Assembly (NCBI GenBank): GCA_965248435.1
Contig: OZ252100.1
Location: 384,001 to 448,000, forward strand
Length of the DNA stretch: 64,000 nt
Direction: 5' to 3'
DNA from: Candidatus Latescibacterota bacterium
GTDB lineage: Bacteria > Latescibacterota > UBA2968 > GCA-2709665
The notes below the pieces were generated by a model, which did not search any database, had not been told where the DNA came from, and saw only the letters and a list, made by a program, of their open reading frames with translations. The translations under genes were made by a program, and so were the position numbers. Each line of letters opens with the position of its first letter. Position 1 is the first letter of the stretch. Below are positions 1-7,272 of the stretch, in pieces.

Positions 1-444
1 CCACCCTCCGACGCTGCCGGCCGCAGCGTCAGTTCCGCTGATGATTTCGGCATCCCCTGGCTGTATACCGAGACACCCGGCGGGAACCGGTCCACCCGAG
101 ACGACCTGGCTTGCTACATTCAGGGCGTGCTCAACGTCATGATACATCTCGGGATGGTGGTGGGTCAGCCCCAGCCCCGCCCGATGACCCATCACCTCAT
201 CGGAGATGGCGATCTGGACACGGTGACCTCCGCTCAGGAGGCCGGTTTCTTCAGGCCAGATGTCGAGCCACTAGACGACGTACGTGAAGGCCAGCGCGTC
301 GGCACGATTCGGGATTTCTTCGGAGAGATCGCGGCCGAAGTCCTGGCCGACCGGGACGGCGTCGTGATCTACATGCGTCGAACACCCCGGGTTCGTGTCG
401 GAGACGCCCTGCTTTCGATTACGGGACTGCTCGAAAAAGGATGA
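1..444 (+). CDS. Succinylglutamate desuccinylase/aspartoacylase (M14) family protein, 5'-truncated by window edge
   Basis: Frame 1 is open from base 1 (..GIPWLYTETPGG..YIQGVLNVMIHLGM..). C-terminal biotinyl-like barrel (GFFRPDVEPLDDVREGQRVGTIRDFFGE..DGVV) is typical of AstE/AspA. Confidence 0.7.
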   Translation, partial: PPSDAAGRSVSSADDFGIPWLYTETPGGNRSTRDDLACYIQGVLNVMIHLGMVVGQPQPRPMTHHLIGDGDLDTVTSAQEAGFFRPDVEPLDDVREGQRVGTIRDFFGEIAAEVLADRDGVVIYMRRTPRVRVGDALLSITGLLEKG

Positions 445-469
445 ACCCACTCGAATCAGGGGAAAGACC

Positions 470-1453
470 ATGTTATTAGGCCTGGAAACGTTCAGCTATC
501 ATCTGGCCTTCGGCTACGGCAAGATGGACATCTTCGATTTTATCCGAAAGACGGTCGAATTCGGCCTGGACGGCGTCGAGATCAATGTCGAGGGCGATGA
601 CCTGGCCCATCTCGGGAGCGAAGACCCGGGATTTCTGGCCGAAGTCCGCGCCCTGACCGAGGCACACAACCTCTACGTCGAGCTCGACACCCGCGACACG
701 AACCCGCAGAACCTGACCCGCGTTCTCAAGATCTGCAGCGCCCTTGGTGCCGATCGAATGCGGGTTTTCTCCAGTATGGGCGGCGATGTGCAGGGGGAGC
801 TTGAACAAGCGGTGGAGGACTTTCGGGAGGTCCTCCCCCTCTGTGCGGACTACGGCATCAAGATCGGCTACGAGAACCACGAATTCGAAACCTCTCACGA
901 TGTCCTGAAGGTCGTGCGCGAGGTGGACAGCGAATATGTCGGCACGCACGTCGACACCGGAAACTCCATGATGGTGTGGGAAGACCCGATCGAAGCGATC
1001 ACGAACATGGCCCCCTACGCCGTAAGCACACACTTCAAGGATCACATCGTGATCGTGCTCAAGGAACAGCCGATGGTCGTGGGCGTCCCGCTGGGCACGG
1101 GCAGCACGAATTGCGCGGAATGTTTCCGGATCCTGTCCGAACAGTCCCCGCTCGAGCGCATCAGCATCGAGGTCTGCTACGGCTACATCGCCCCCTTCCG
1201 CCTGCCCGAAGCGGAGGGCTACGGTGGAAAGCTGGGCGAGGGTGCCTTCCGTGTCTATCCGCCTCCGTATGACCCCGCCGTGGTTGCCCCCTACGTGTTG
1301 CGAACCCTGGAAGACGATCTCGGGCTGGAGTCCTTCGAGTGGGAAAGGCTGGCGGAGAGGGCCCGGTCCGAAGCCGAGCGCGAAGAGCTCGTTGCCTTAC
1401 AGGAAAAGGCGGTCGTTGACAGCGTCAGCTACGTCAAGAAGCTGAATGGCTGA
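470..1453 (+). CDS. Sugar phosphate isomerase/epimerase (xylose isomerase-like TIM barrel)
   Basis: Motifs GYENH, DTGNS, HFKD, ISIE. ATG at 470 follows the purine-rich AGGGGAAAG. Confidence 0.8.
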   Translation: MLLGLETFSYHLAFGYGKMDIFDFIRKTVEFGLDGVEINVEGDDLAHLGSEDPGFLAEVRALTEAHNLYVELDTRDTNPQNLTRVLKICSALGADRMRVFSSMGGDVQGELEQAVEDFREVLPLCADYGIKIGYENHEFETSHDVLKVVREVDSEYVGTHVDTGNSMMVWEDPIEAITNMAPYAVSTHFKDHIVIVLKEQPMVVGVPLGTGSTNCAECFRILSEQSPLERISIEVCYGYIAPFRLPEAEGYGGKLGEGAFRVYPPPYDPAVVAPYVLRTLEDDLGLESFEWERLAERARSEAEREELVALQEKAVVDSVSYVKKLNG

Positions 1454-1518
1454 CAATTCGCGGATCGCAACCTTCCGCTGTCCGCCCTCTTTTGATCGCC
1501 CTTACAAGAACGGATACC

Positions 1519-2388
1519 GTGGGCAATATCCATCTCAGATGGTGGGGATGCGGCGCGTTCGACATCCTCTTCGGTGACGTCAACATCGCGGTCGATCCCT
1601 ACCTGTTCGGTGAGAACCTCGAGAGCGTACAGCCGATCTACGACTACATCCTCATAAGCCACGAACACTTCGACCACTGCCATCCCAAATCGCTTCGGCA
1701 GCTCTGCCGGGGCGACCGCTTCAAGAAGCTGTTCGTCAGCATCGGCTGCCTCACCCCCAACGAACCGGTTGATGAGAAATACGGCGATGCCGCCTTTTCA
1801 CGCGACCTGCCGATCGACAAGCATGTCCCGTCTGACAAGATCCAGGTCGCCTATCCCAAATACCTGACCGACGACGCTCCCAGTTTCCCAGGGCCGTCCG
1901 AGTTCGATCTGGGCCCGATTCACGTAGAGGCCGTGGAGAGCGGCGAAAACGCCAGACCCGATCTCCCGACCTGCGGCTATTTGATCACACATACGCAAAA
2001 GCAGGTTTCATTCTATCATACGGGAGACCTCCAGAAAACCTTTCCGGCGCTGGAGAGTCTCAGGGGACGCGTGGACTTTCTGATCCACATGAAAACGGGC
2101 TTCAAAAAGGGTTCGAAGAAATACGAGGAGTTCACCGATCTGCTCGATCTCGTCCGACCCAGGTTCCTCATCCCCACCCATTACCGCACAGACCGGGTGT
2201 CGGACCCGGTCCCCGAAGGCCACTGGCCGTTGAATCTGACGGATGTGAACGCCTACATCGAGGACCTGCGGACACACGCTGCGGGAAAGACGGAGATTCT
2301 TCCCTTTACGGCCGGCGTGTTGTACGAGGTCGAAATGCCGGAAAAGAGGGTCGTATGGGATTGGGACTGGTACGAGTCGTGGACCTAA
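1519..2388 (+). CDS. MBL-fold metallo-hydrolase (UlaG-like)
   Basis: VDPY, ISHEHFDH, YHTGD, IPTHY motifs. GTG at 1519 is the likely start (TTG at 1492 is the alternative). Confidence 0.8.
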   Translation: MGNIHLRWWGCGAFDILFGDVNIAVDPYLFGENLESVQPIYDYILISHEHFDHCHPKSLRQLCRGDRFKKLFVSIGCLTPNEPVDEKYGDAAFSRDLPIDKHVPSDKIQVAYPKYLTDDAPSFPGPSEFDLGPIHVEAVESGENARPDLPTCGYLITHTQKQVSFYHTGDLQKTFPALESLRGRVDFLIHMKTGFKKGSKKYEEFTDLLDLVRPRFLIPTHYRTDRVSDPVPEGHWPLNLTDVNAYIEDLRTHAAGKTEILPFTAGVLYEVEMPEKRVVWDWDWYESWT

Positions 2389-2397
2389 CCCCCCTAG

Positions 2398-2423
2398 CCC
2401 CCCTTCCCTAAAGGGAAGGGGGG
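2398..2423 (+). repeat. Left palindrome CCCCCCTTCCCT-AA-AGGGAAGGGGGG
   Basis: Perfect 12-bp inverted repeat, preceded by a C-rich tract. Confidence 0.85.
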
Positions 2424-2468
2424 AACGGGTAAAGCTCCATTCGGTGCTCCAATTCTGGGAAGAACGGG

Positions 2469-2837
2469 ATGCCTGAAAGACAGATCGTCACCGGGCAGAA
2501 GGTCGACAAAGAAAAAGGTCAACGCGCTAAAGACCTTCGACGTGAGATGACAGAAGAAGAGCGACTGCTTTGGGAACACCTTCGTGCCAATCGGCTAAAG
2601 GGCTTCCACTTCCGACGTCAACAAATCATCGATGGATTCATCGTCGACTTCTATTGCCATAAGGCGAGGCTGGTCGTGGAAGTCGATGGCCCGATTCACG
2701 AAGGACAAGCCGACTACGATAAGGAGAGGGATCGCGTCCTTTCCTTTCGCGGTTTGCACATCTTGCGAATCCAGAACGAGGACATTCGTGAGGAGCCGTC
2801 AAAAGTCGTATCGCTAATAGTTAAATTCCTGACCTAG
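2469..2837 (+). CDS. DUF559 / Vsr-like endonuclease domain protein
   Basis: RAKDLRREMTEEERLLWEHLR..FRRQQII..FIVDFYC..LVVEVDGPIH..DKERD..GLHILRIQNEDI matches the family pattern. Confidence 0.9.
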   Translation: MPERQIVTGQKVDKEKGQRAKDLRREMTEEERLLWEHLRANRLKGFHFRRQQIIDGFIVDFYCHKARLVVEVDGPIHEGQADYDKERDRVLSFRGLHILRIQNEDIREEPSKVVSLIVKFLT

Positions 2838-2889
2838 TTCAGCTAGATGAACAGTTGTTATCTATTTCCAAACCTGATCAAGGAGGTCT

Positions 2890-2923
2890 CCCCTCCCCTT
2901 TAGGGGAGGGGCCGGGGGAGGGG
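2890..2923 (-). repeat. Right palindrome CCCCTCCCCT-TT-AGGGGAGGGG plus G-rich tail (inverted relative of the left one)
   Basis: Perfect 10-bp inverted repeat. Its centre TTTA is the reverse complement of the left centre TAAA. Confidence 0.85.
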
Positions 2924-2992
2924 TCGTGCCGACGCGTCGTGGACCTAACCTGGATCTCTACCCGCGCATGAGATCGAGCTAAGGGAAGAGAC

Positions 2993-3748
2993 ATGAAGCC
3001 CGAGAATGCTGATCGCGACGGCTATTCCAAAATCGCGGACCGCTACGATAGGTTTTACGAAGAGGATCCGAAGATTCTCGCCTTCTTCAAGTACCTGGTC
3101 GATCGGCATCAGATCCGGAGCGTGCTCGATTGCGCCTGCGGCACCGGACGGGAGCTTCTGATCTTTCACTCCCTTGGCTGTGACGTTACAGGTTCGGACA
3201 TCTCGCCATCCATGCTCGCGTTGGCCAGGAAACACCTCGCAGAGGCCGACGTGGGGGTCCCGCTTCATCAAACCGATTACCGGGAACTGCACGAAAAGTT
3301 CACCGAGTCGTTCGACGCCGTTCTCGTCTGGTCGGGTGCCATCTTTCACGTCTCAGATGATGCAGACGCCCTACAGGCCTTTCGCAGCATGCGGAAAGTA
3401 CTCTCACCCGACGGGATCCTCGTGATGGATCAAGGCATGACGGACAGGAGATTGCTCGAAAAAAAACGATTTGTCCTGAATCGATCAACTCCTGAGGCCT
3501 CTCGCGTCTATGTCATCGACTTCCTGAGTGACCGAGATTGGCGCTACAACACGTTGGATGTCACCCACGACGGTGGCAAACACAGGATGGAGGTCTGGAG
3601 CACGGATGCTCACTTTCTGCTCGAGGAAGATCAGAAGCGCCTTCTGGGTGAGGCGGGGTTTTCCAGAGTTGACTTCTACGGAACATATGACTTCGACCCG
3701 TACGACAGAGACTCCAGTTTGAGGCTGATCACCGTCGCACATAAATGA
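2993..3748 (+). CDS. Class I SAM-dependent methyltransferase (glycine/sarcosine N-methyltransferase-like)
   Basis: VLDCACGTG motif I, GSDISPSML, FDAVL, VLSPDGIL. Confidence 0.85.
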   Translation: MKPENADRDGYSKIADRYDRFYEEDPKILAFFKYLVDRHQIRSVLDCACGTGRELLIFHSLGCDVTGSDISPSMLALARKHLAEADVGVPLHQTDYRELHEKFTESFDAVLVWSGAIFHVSDDADALQAFRSMRKVLSPDGILVMDQGMTDRRLLEKKRFVLNRSTPEASRVYVIDFLSDRDWRYNTLDVTHDGGKHRMEVWSTDAHFLLEEDQKRLLGEAGFSRVDFYGTYDFDPYDRDSSLRLITVAHK

Positions 3749-3771
3749 GCGGGGAAAAGTTGGGAGACAGG

Positions 3772-4161
3772 ATGCCCGTCAAGATGACTTCTGACAAAAC
3801 GATCACGCCGATTCTGTCCATTTTTGCGACAATCCTTTGCCTGGGGTGCTCCGAGGGAGATTCGACGACGATCATAAGCAGTAATGACGAGCCGTCCGTG
3901 ACACTCACGCCCGGCGCTACACTGACGATAGGCACCACGTCGGGGATCGGAAGCAGCGGCACCTACAACATCCCGCAGGGCGCGAGTCGAATCCGTTGGA
4001 CGTGTACGGGGACGGTTACTGTCGATATTCAATCACAAAGCGGCTCGTCTTCGCAGCAGTGTTCGAACGGGTCGCAATCCGTTTCCGTCACGGGGCCGGG
4101 AACGATGGCAGTGCAGTTCGGGAACAGTGGCACACTGGTCGTCACCGCGACGGGAAGTTGA
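3772..4161 (+). CDS. Hypothetical Ser/Thr/Gly-rich lipoprotein
   Basis: Lipobox-like LCLGC, beta-rich body with a Cys pair. Start is uncertain (3745, 3772 or 3784). Confidence 0.55.
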   Translation: MPVKMTSDKTITPILSIFATILCLGCSEGDSTTIISSNDEPSVTLTPGATLTIGTTSGIGSSGTYNIPQGASRIRWTCTGTVTVDIQSQSGSSSQQCSNGSQSVSVTGPGTMAVQFGNSGTLVVTATGS

Positions 4162-4170
4162 GCGCTAAGA

Positions 4171-5040
4171 ATGATCAGAAGTGAAGTGGCCAATCAGGCA
4201 CCCAGCTCAAGGATGACCGAGCGGTTCGAATCCAGCTGTTCACTCGATCCTGCACAGATCCAGGAATGGGTGGAGAGGTTCAACCGCGAGGGATTCCTGC
4301 TCCTTGAGAATGTGCTGACCCGAGCCCACGTCGACCTGCTCAAGGCCGACCTGGACTGGTCGCTCGGAAATTTCACTTCACTCGATAAAGACCCCGACGG
4401 CAAGCTCCTCGGCCGGAAATCGAAGTCCTCTATCCAGCTCTGCCACCGGATGTTCGAGCACAGCCCCGCGAACCTGAACCTGTTCGACCTGGAGCCGATC
4501 GTCAGTCTCGCCGAAGCCCTGGTCGCCCCAAATTGCCACGTGATCCACAACAACTCATTCATCTCGCCGCCCGGAGGCGGCATCACAGGCTGGCACCAGG
4601 ACGACCCGCCTCACCTCCAGATTACCGAAGGCGAGCTTCCAAAAAATATCGTCCTCCCCGTCCTGTTCTTCACATGCAACTACTACCTGACCGATGTAAC
4701 GAAGATCGAGCAAGGCGCTACCGAGGTCATCCCCCGCTCACACCTCTTCGGCGCCAACGCGCGCGAGGCCGACATCGAAAGAGACTTTGTGGACAAGGTC
4801 CACTACAACCTGGGTAAGGCCGGAAGCGTAATCATGTTCAACAACCAGGTCTGGCACCGCGGTGGGCCCAATCAGACGGAGCAACCTCGATACATTACTC
4901 AAATCACCTACGGCCGCCGAATCATCGGTCACAAGTACTGGCCCTTTATGAACTACACCATGCCGGAGCACGTCTACAAGGATGCGAATCCAAGGCTGAA
5001 AAGGCTCCTTGGCTTCCTGGAGCACGGGGCTTATGGCTAG
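4171..5040 (+). CDS. Phytanoyl-CoA dioxygenase (PhyH) family Fe(II)/2OG dioxygenase
   Basis: FNREGFL, WHQD, GATEVIPRSH, WHRGGPN..R. Confidence 0.85.
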   Translation: MIRSEVANQAPSSRMTERFESSCSLDPAQIQEWVERFNREGFLLLENVLTRAHVDLLKADLDWSLGNFTSLDKDPDGKLLGRKSKSSIQLCHRMFEHSPANLNLFDLEPIVSLAEALVAPNCHVIHNNSFISPPGGGITGWHQDDPPHLQITEGELPKNIVLPVLFFTCNYYLTDVTKIEQGATEVIPRSHLFGANAREADIERDFVDKVHYNLGKAGSVIMFNNQVWHRGGPNQTEQPRYITQITYGRRIIGHKYWPFMNYTMPEHVYKDANPRLKRLLGFLEHGAYG

Positions 5041-5063
5041 TGGACACAAGCGCTGCGATTGGA

Positions 5064-5230
5064 TTGTTCGCCGTCGGGAGCCTGCCCCGGGCCGAGAAAC
5101 GGGATATGTGGCCGCTCTCAATTCACCAATCTAATCAAGTTGTATGAGTGGTAGGACCCAACCCCTGTTGGCGACGAAATGATTCACGGTGTTGGCAACA
5201 AATTATCGTGATCAGCTCCCGTTGGCGAAT
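5064..5230. repeat. Degenerate GTAG-type REP cluster, same family as 7090-7218
   Basis: TTGTTCGCCGTCGGGAG (5064), GTAGGACCCAACCCCTGTTGGCGA (5151), CAGCTCCCGTTGGCGAA (~5213). Confidence 0.5.
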
Positions 5231-5257
5231 CGCGATCAAACCATCGGAGAAAAACTC

Positions 5258-5525
5258 GTGAGCCTCACCTTTTCAGCAGAGCCCTACGGCGCCTCAGTTC
5301 GCGATTTCGGTGCGGTTGGTAACGGACTTTCCGATGACAGTGGACCGATTCAAAAGGCCCTGGACTCGCCTCGCTGCCGACTCCACGCTTCCCGAGGGCG
5401 TTGTTCGGCCGTTGGAGATACCCGATAAGGATATCCTGCATCAGGCCGATCTGCGGATGTCGCCCGATCACAAGCTCCTCCTGGCCCGGGGTGGGTTCGA
5501 TCGGCTTGAACTGAACCCCGAATAA
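5258..5525 (+). pseudogene. Remnant of a Pectate_lyase_3/GH28-like beta-helix gene
   Basis: SVRDFGAVGNGLSDDSGPIQKALD is the typical N-terminal motif. GGAGA RBS precedes GTG 5258. The frame stops at 5428 and a second short frame runs to 5525. Confidence 0.6.
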
Positions 5526-5561
5526 TAAGCCATTAGAGTCTCTGCGAGAGGTGGTTAGATC

Positions 5562-7070
5562 ATGCGGAAAAACACGGATCCAGACGGACCGTTCGTACTG
5601 GGAATGGACCTGGGGACCGGTGGCTGCAAGGTCTGCGCGGTCGGACGAGATGGCCGTCTTTTGGCTGGATACTCCGCTCACTACCCGACGCACACGCCCG
5701 AGCCCGGCTGGGCGGAACAGAATCCGGATGACTGGATGCCGGCCATTTCTCAAGCCACTGCCGAACTGCTTGACGAGACCGGGATCCGCGGCGAAGATGT
5801 GGCCGGTGTCGCGCTGTCGTGCGCGTCCCATATCGGCGTCCTGGTCGACAAGCAAGGCCGACCGACGCGAAACGCCATCCTCTGGAGCGATCAGCGCTCG
5901 CAGGAAGAGGTGGAGGCGCTCGAGGTTTCATCAGGCGACGAGATCTTCGAACGAACTTCCAATCCCGTCTCCACGACCTGGACGCTGCCGCACCTGGCCT
6001 GGATCCAGCGCCACGATGCGGAGGCGTGGTCCCGAACCGAGCGAATCCTTCTGTCAAAGGACTTCCTTGCCTACCGGCTTGCAGGTTGTCTGACGACTGA
6101 TCCTGCGACGGCGCTCTCTTCCCTGCTTTATGACACCGCCTACGACGGCTGGTCCGAGTCACTATGCGAACTCGTCGACCTCACCCCCGATATGCTGTGT
6201 GAGGTCCACCCCGTAACCGCCGTCGTGGGTGAGTTGACCAAAGAGGCGGCGAGTATGCTCCAACTCCGGGCCGGAACGCCGCTGATCAACGGGACGCTCG
6301 ACAATGCGTCGGAGACCTTCGGCGCGGGGGTCGCCAGCCCGGGCAGGGCGCTCCTGCGTCTCGCGAGCGCAGGGGGTATCCACCTCGTGTTCGATCAAGT
6401 ACAGCCTCATCCCAGGCTGATCACCTACCCCCACGCCGTCGCCCCACTCTGGTTCTCTCAGGCCGGCACGAGCACCTGCGCCACATCAGTCACGTGGGCA
6501 ATCCGGACGTTTACATCAGATAGGGGCGTGTCTTTCGGGGATTGGGACGGGGAGGCCGAGAAAGTAGCTGTGGGATCGGAAGGGCTCTTCTTCCACCCCT
6601 ACCTTTCAGGCGAACGGTGTCCCCACTGGGACCCCCGGCTCCGCGCGAGCTTCGTCGGCGCGTCTCTTCGCCACGGAACCGCACATTTTGCCAGGGCGGT
6701 CTACGAAGGGACCGCGCTTTCGGTCCGTGACGCGCTTGGCGTCCTGGAAGAGGTCGGGCCGTCACCCACAGAACTCACAGCCGTAGGTGGCGGCACCGAA
6801 AGCGAGCTCTGGCTCAGGATCGTCTGCGACTGTCTCGGAAAGCCGCTCAAGATCGCGGCTCACGCCGACTCGTCCTACGGCGCTGCCCTGCTCGGCCTGG
6901 TGGGACTCGGTTTCTTCAAGGAAACAAAAGACGCTTTGGCTAACGTCGGGCAATCCCACAGGGAAATGCAGCCGGACAAAGAAAATCATGCGATCTATAA
7001 CGGGCTCCTCGAGAAGTATCGCGACATTCACGCGAGGCTGGCGCCGGTTTACCACGGTGATGGGTCGTGA
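5562..7070 (+). CDS. xylB: FGGY carbohydrate kinase (xylulokinase-like)
   Basis: LGMDLGTGGCK, PGWAEQNP, AILWSDQRS, PYLSGERCP, RAVYEG, VGGG. Substrate is uncertain. Confidence 0.8.
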   Translation: MRKNTDPDGPFVLGMDLGTGGCKVCAVGRDGRLLAGYSAHYPTHTPEPGWAEQNPDDWMPAISQATAELLDETGIRGEDVAGVALSCASHIGVLVDKQGRPTRNAILWSDQRSQEEVEALEVSSGDEIFERTSNPVSTTWTLPHLAWIQRHDAEAWSRTERILLSKDFLAYRLAGCLTTDPATALSSLLYDTAYDGWSESLCELVDLTPDMLCEVHPVTAVVGELTKEAASMLQLRAGTPLINGTLDNASETFGAGVASPGRALLRLASAGGIHLVFDQVQPHPRLITYPHAVAPLWFSQAGTSTCATSVTWAIRTFTSDRGVSFGDWDGEAEKVAVGSEGLFFHPYLSGERCPHWDPRLRASFVGASLRHGTAHFARAVYEGTALSVRDALGVLEEVGPSPTELTAVGGGTESELWLRIVCDCLGKPLKIAAHADSSYGAALLGLVGLGFFKETKDALANVGQSHREMQPDKENHAIYNGLLEKYRDIHARLAPVYHGDGS

Positions 7071-7089
7071 GAATCACGAAAATCGTTAG

Positions 7090-7218
7090 GTAGGAGCCAG
7101 CTCCTGCTGGCGAAGGCGAGCATCGGGGTGACCTTTTCGCCGCCAGGAGGCGGCTCACAGGGTTGGGCGTAGACTAACAGCGCGATCAACTTGTTCGCCG
7201 CCGGGAGGCGGCTCCTAC
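7090..7218. repeat. GTAG-type REP doublet/triplet (REPIN-like)
   Basis: GTAGGAGCCAGCTCCTGCTGGCGAA (7090-7114), with inverted copies at 7136-7159 and 7194-7218 (TTCGCCGCCGGGAGGCGGCTCCTAC). Confidence 0.75.
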
Positions 7219-7272
7219 CAGATTTTACCGTTTGAAGTCAGGTCGAACAACGCGACAAAGGAGGATGCTGAA

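Larger units (their letters stand above)
2376..2950. mobile_element. Putative minimal DUF559 insertion cassette with 15-bp flanking direct repeat and inverted terminal hairpins
   Basis: GTCGTGGACCTAACC occurs at 2376-2390 and 2936-2950. Hairpins at 2398-2423 and 2890-2911 are related in inverted orientation. The only gene inside is DUF559. Confidence 0.55.
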
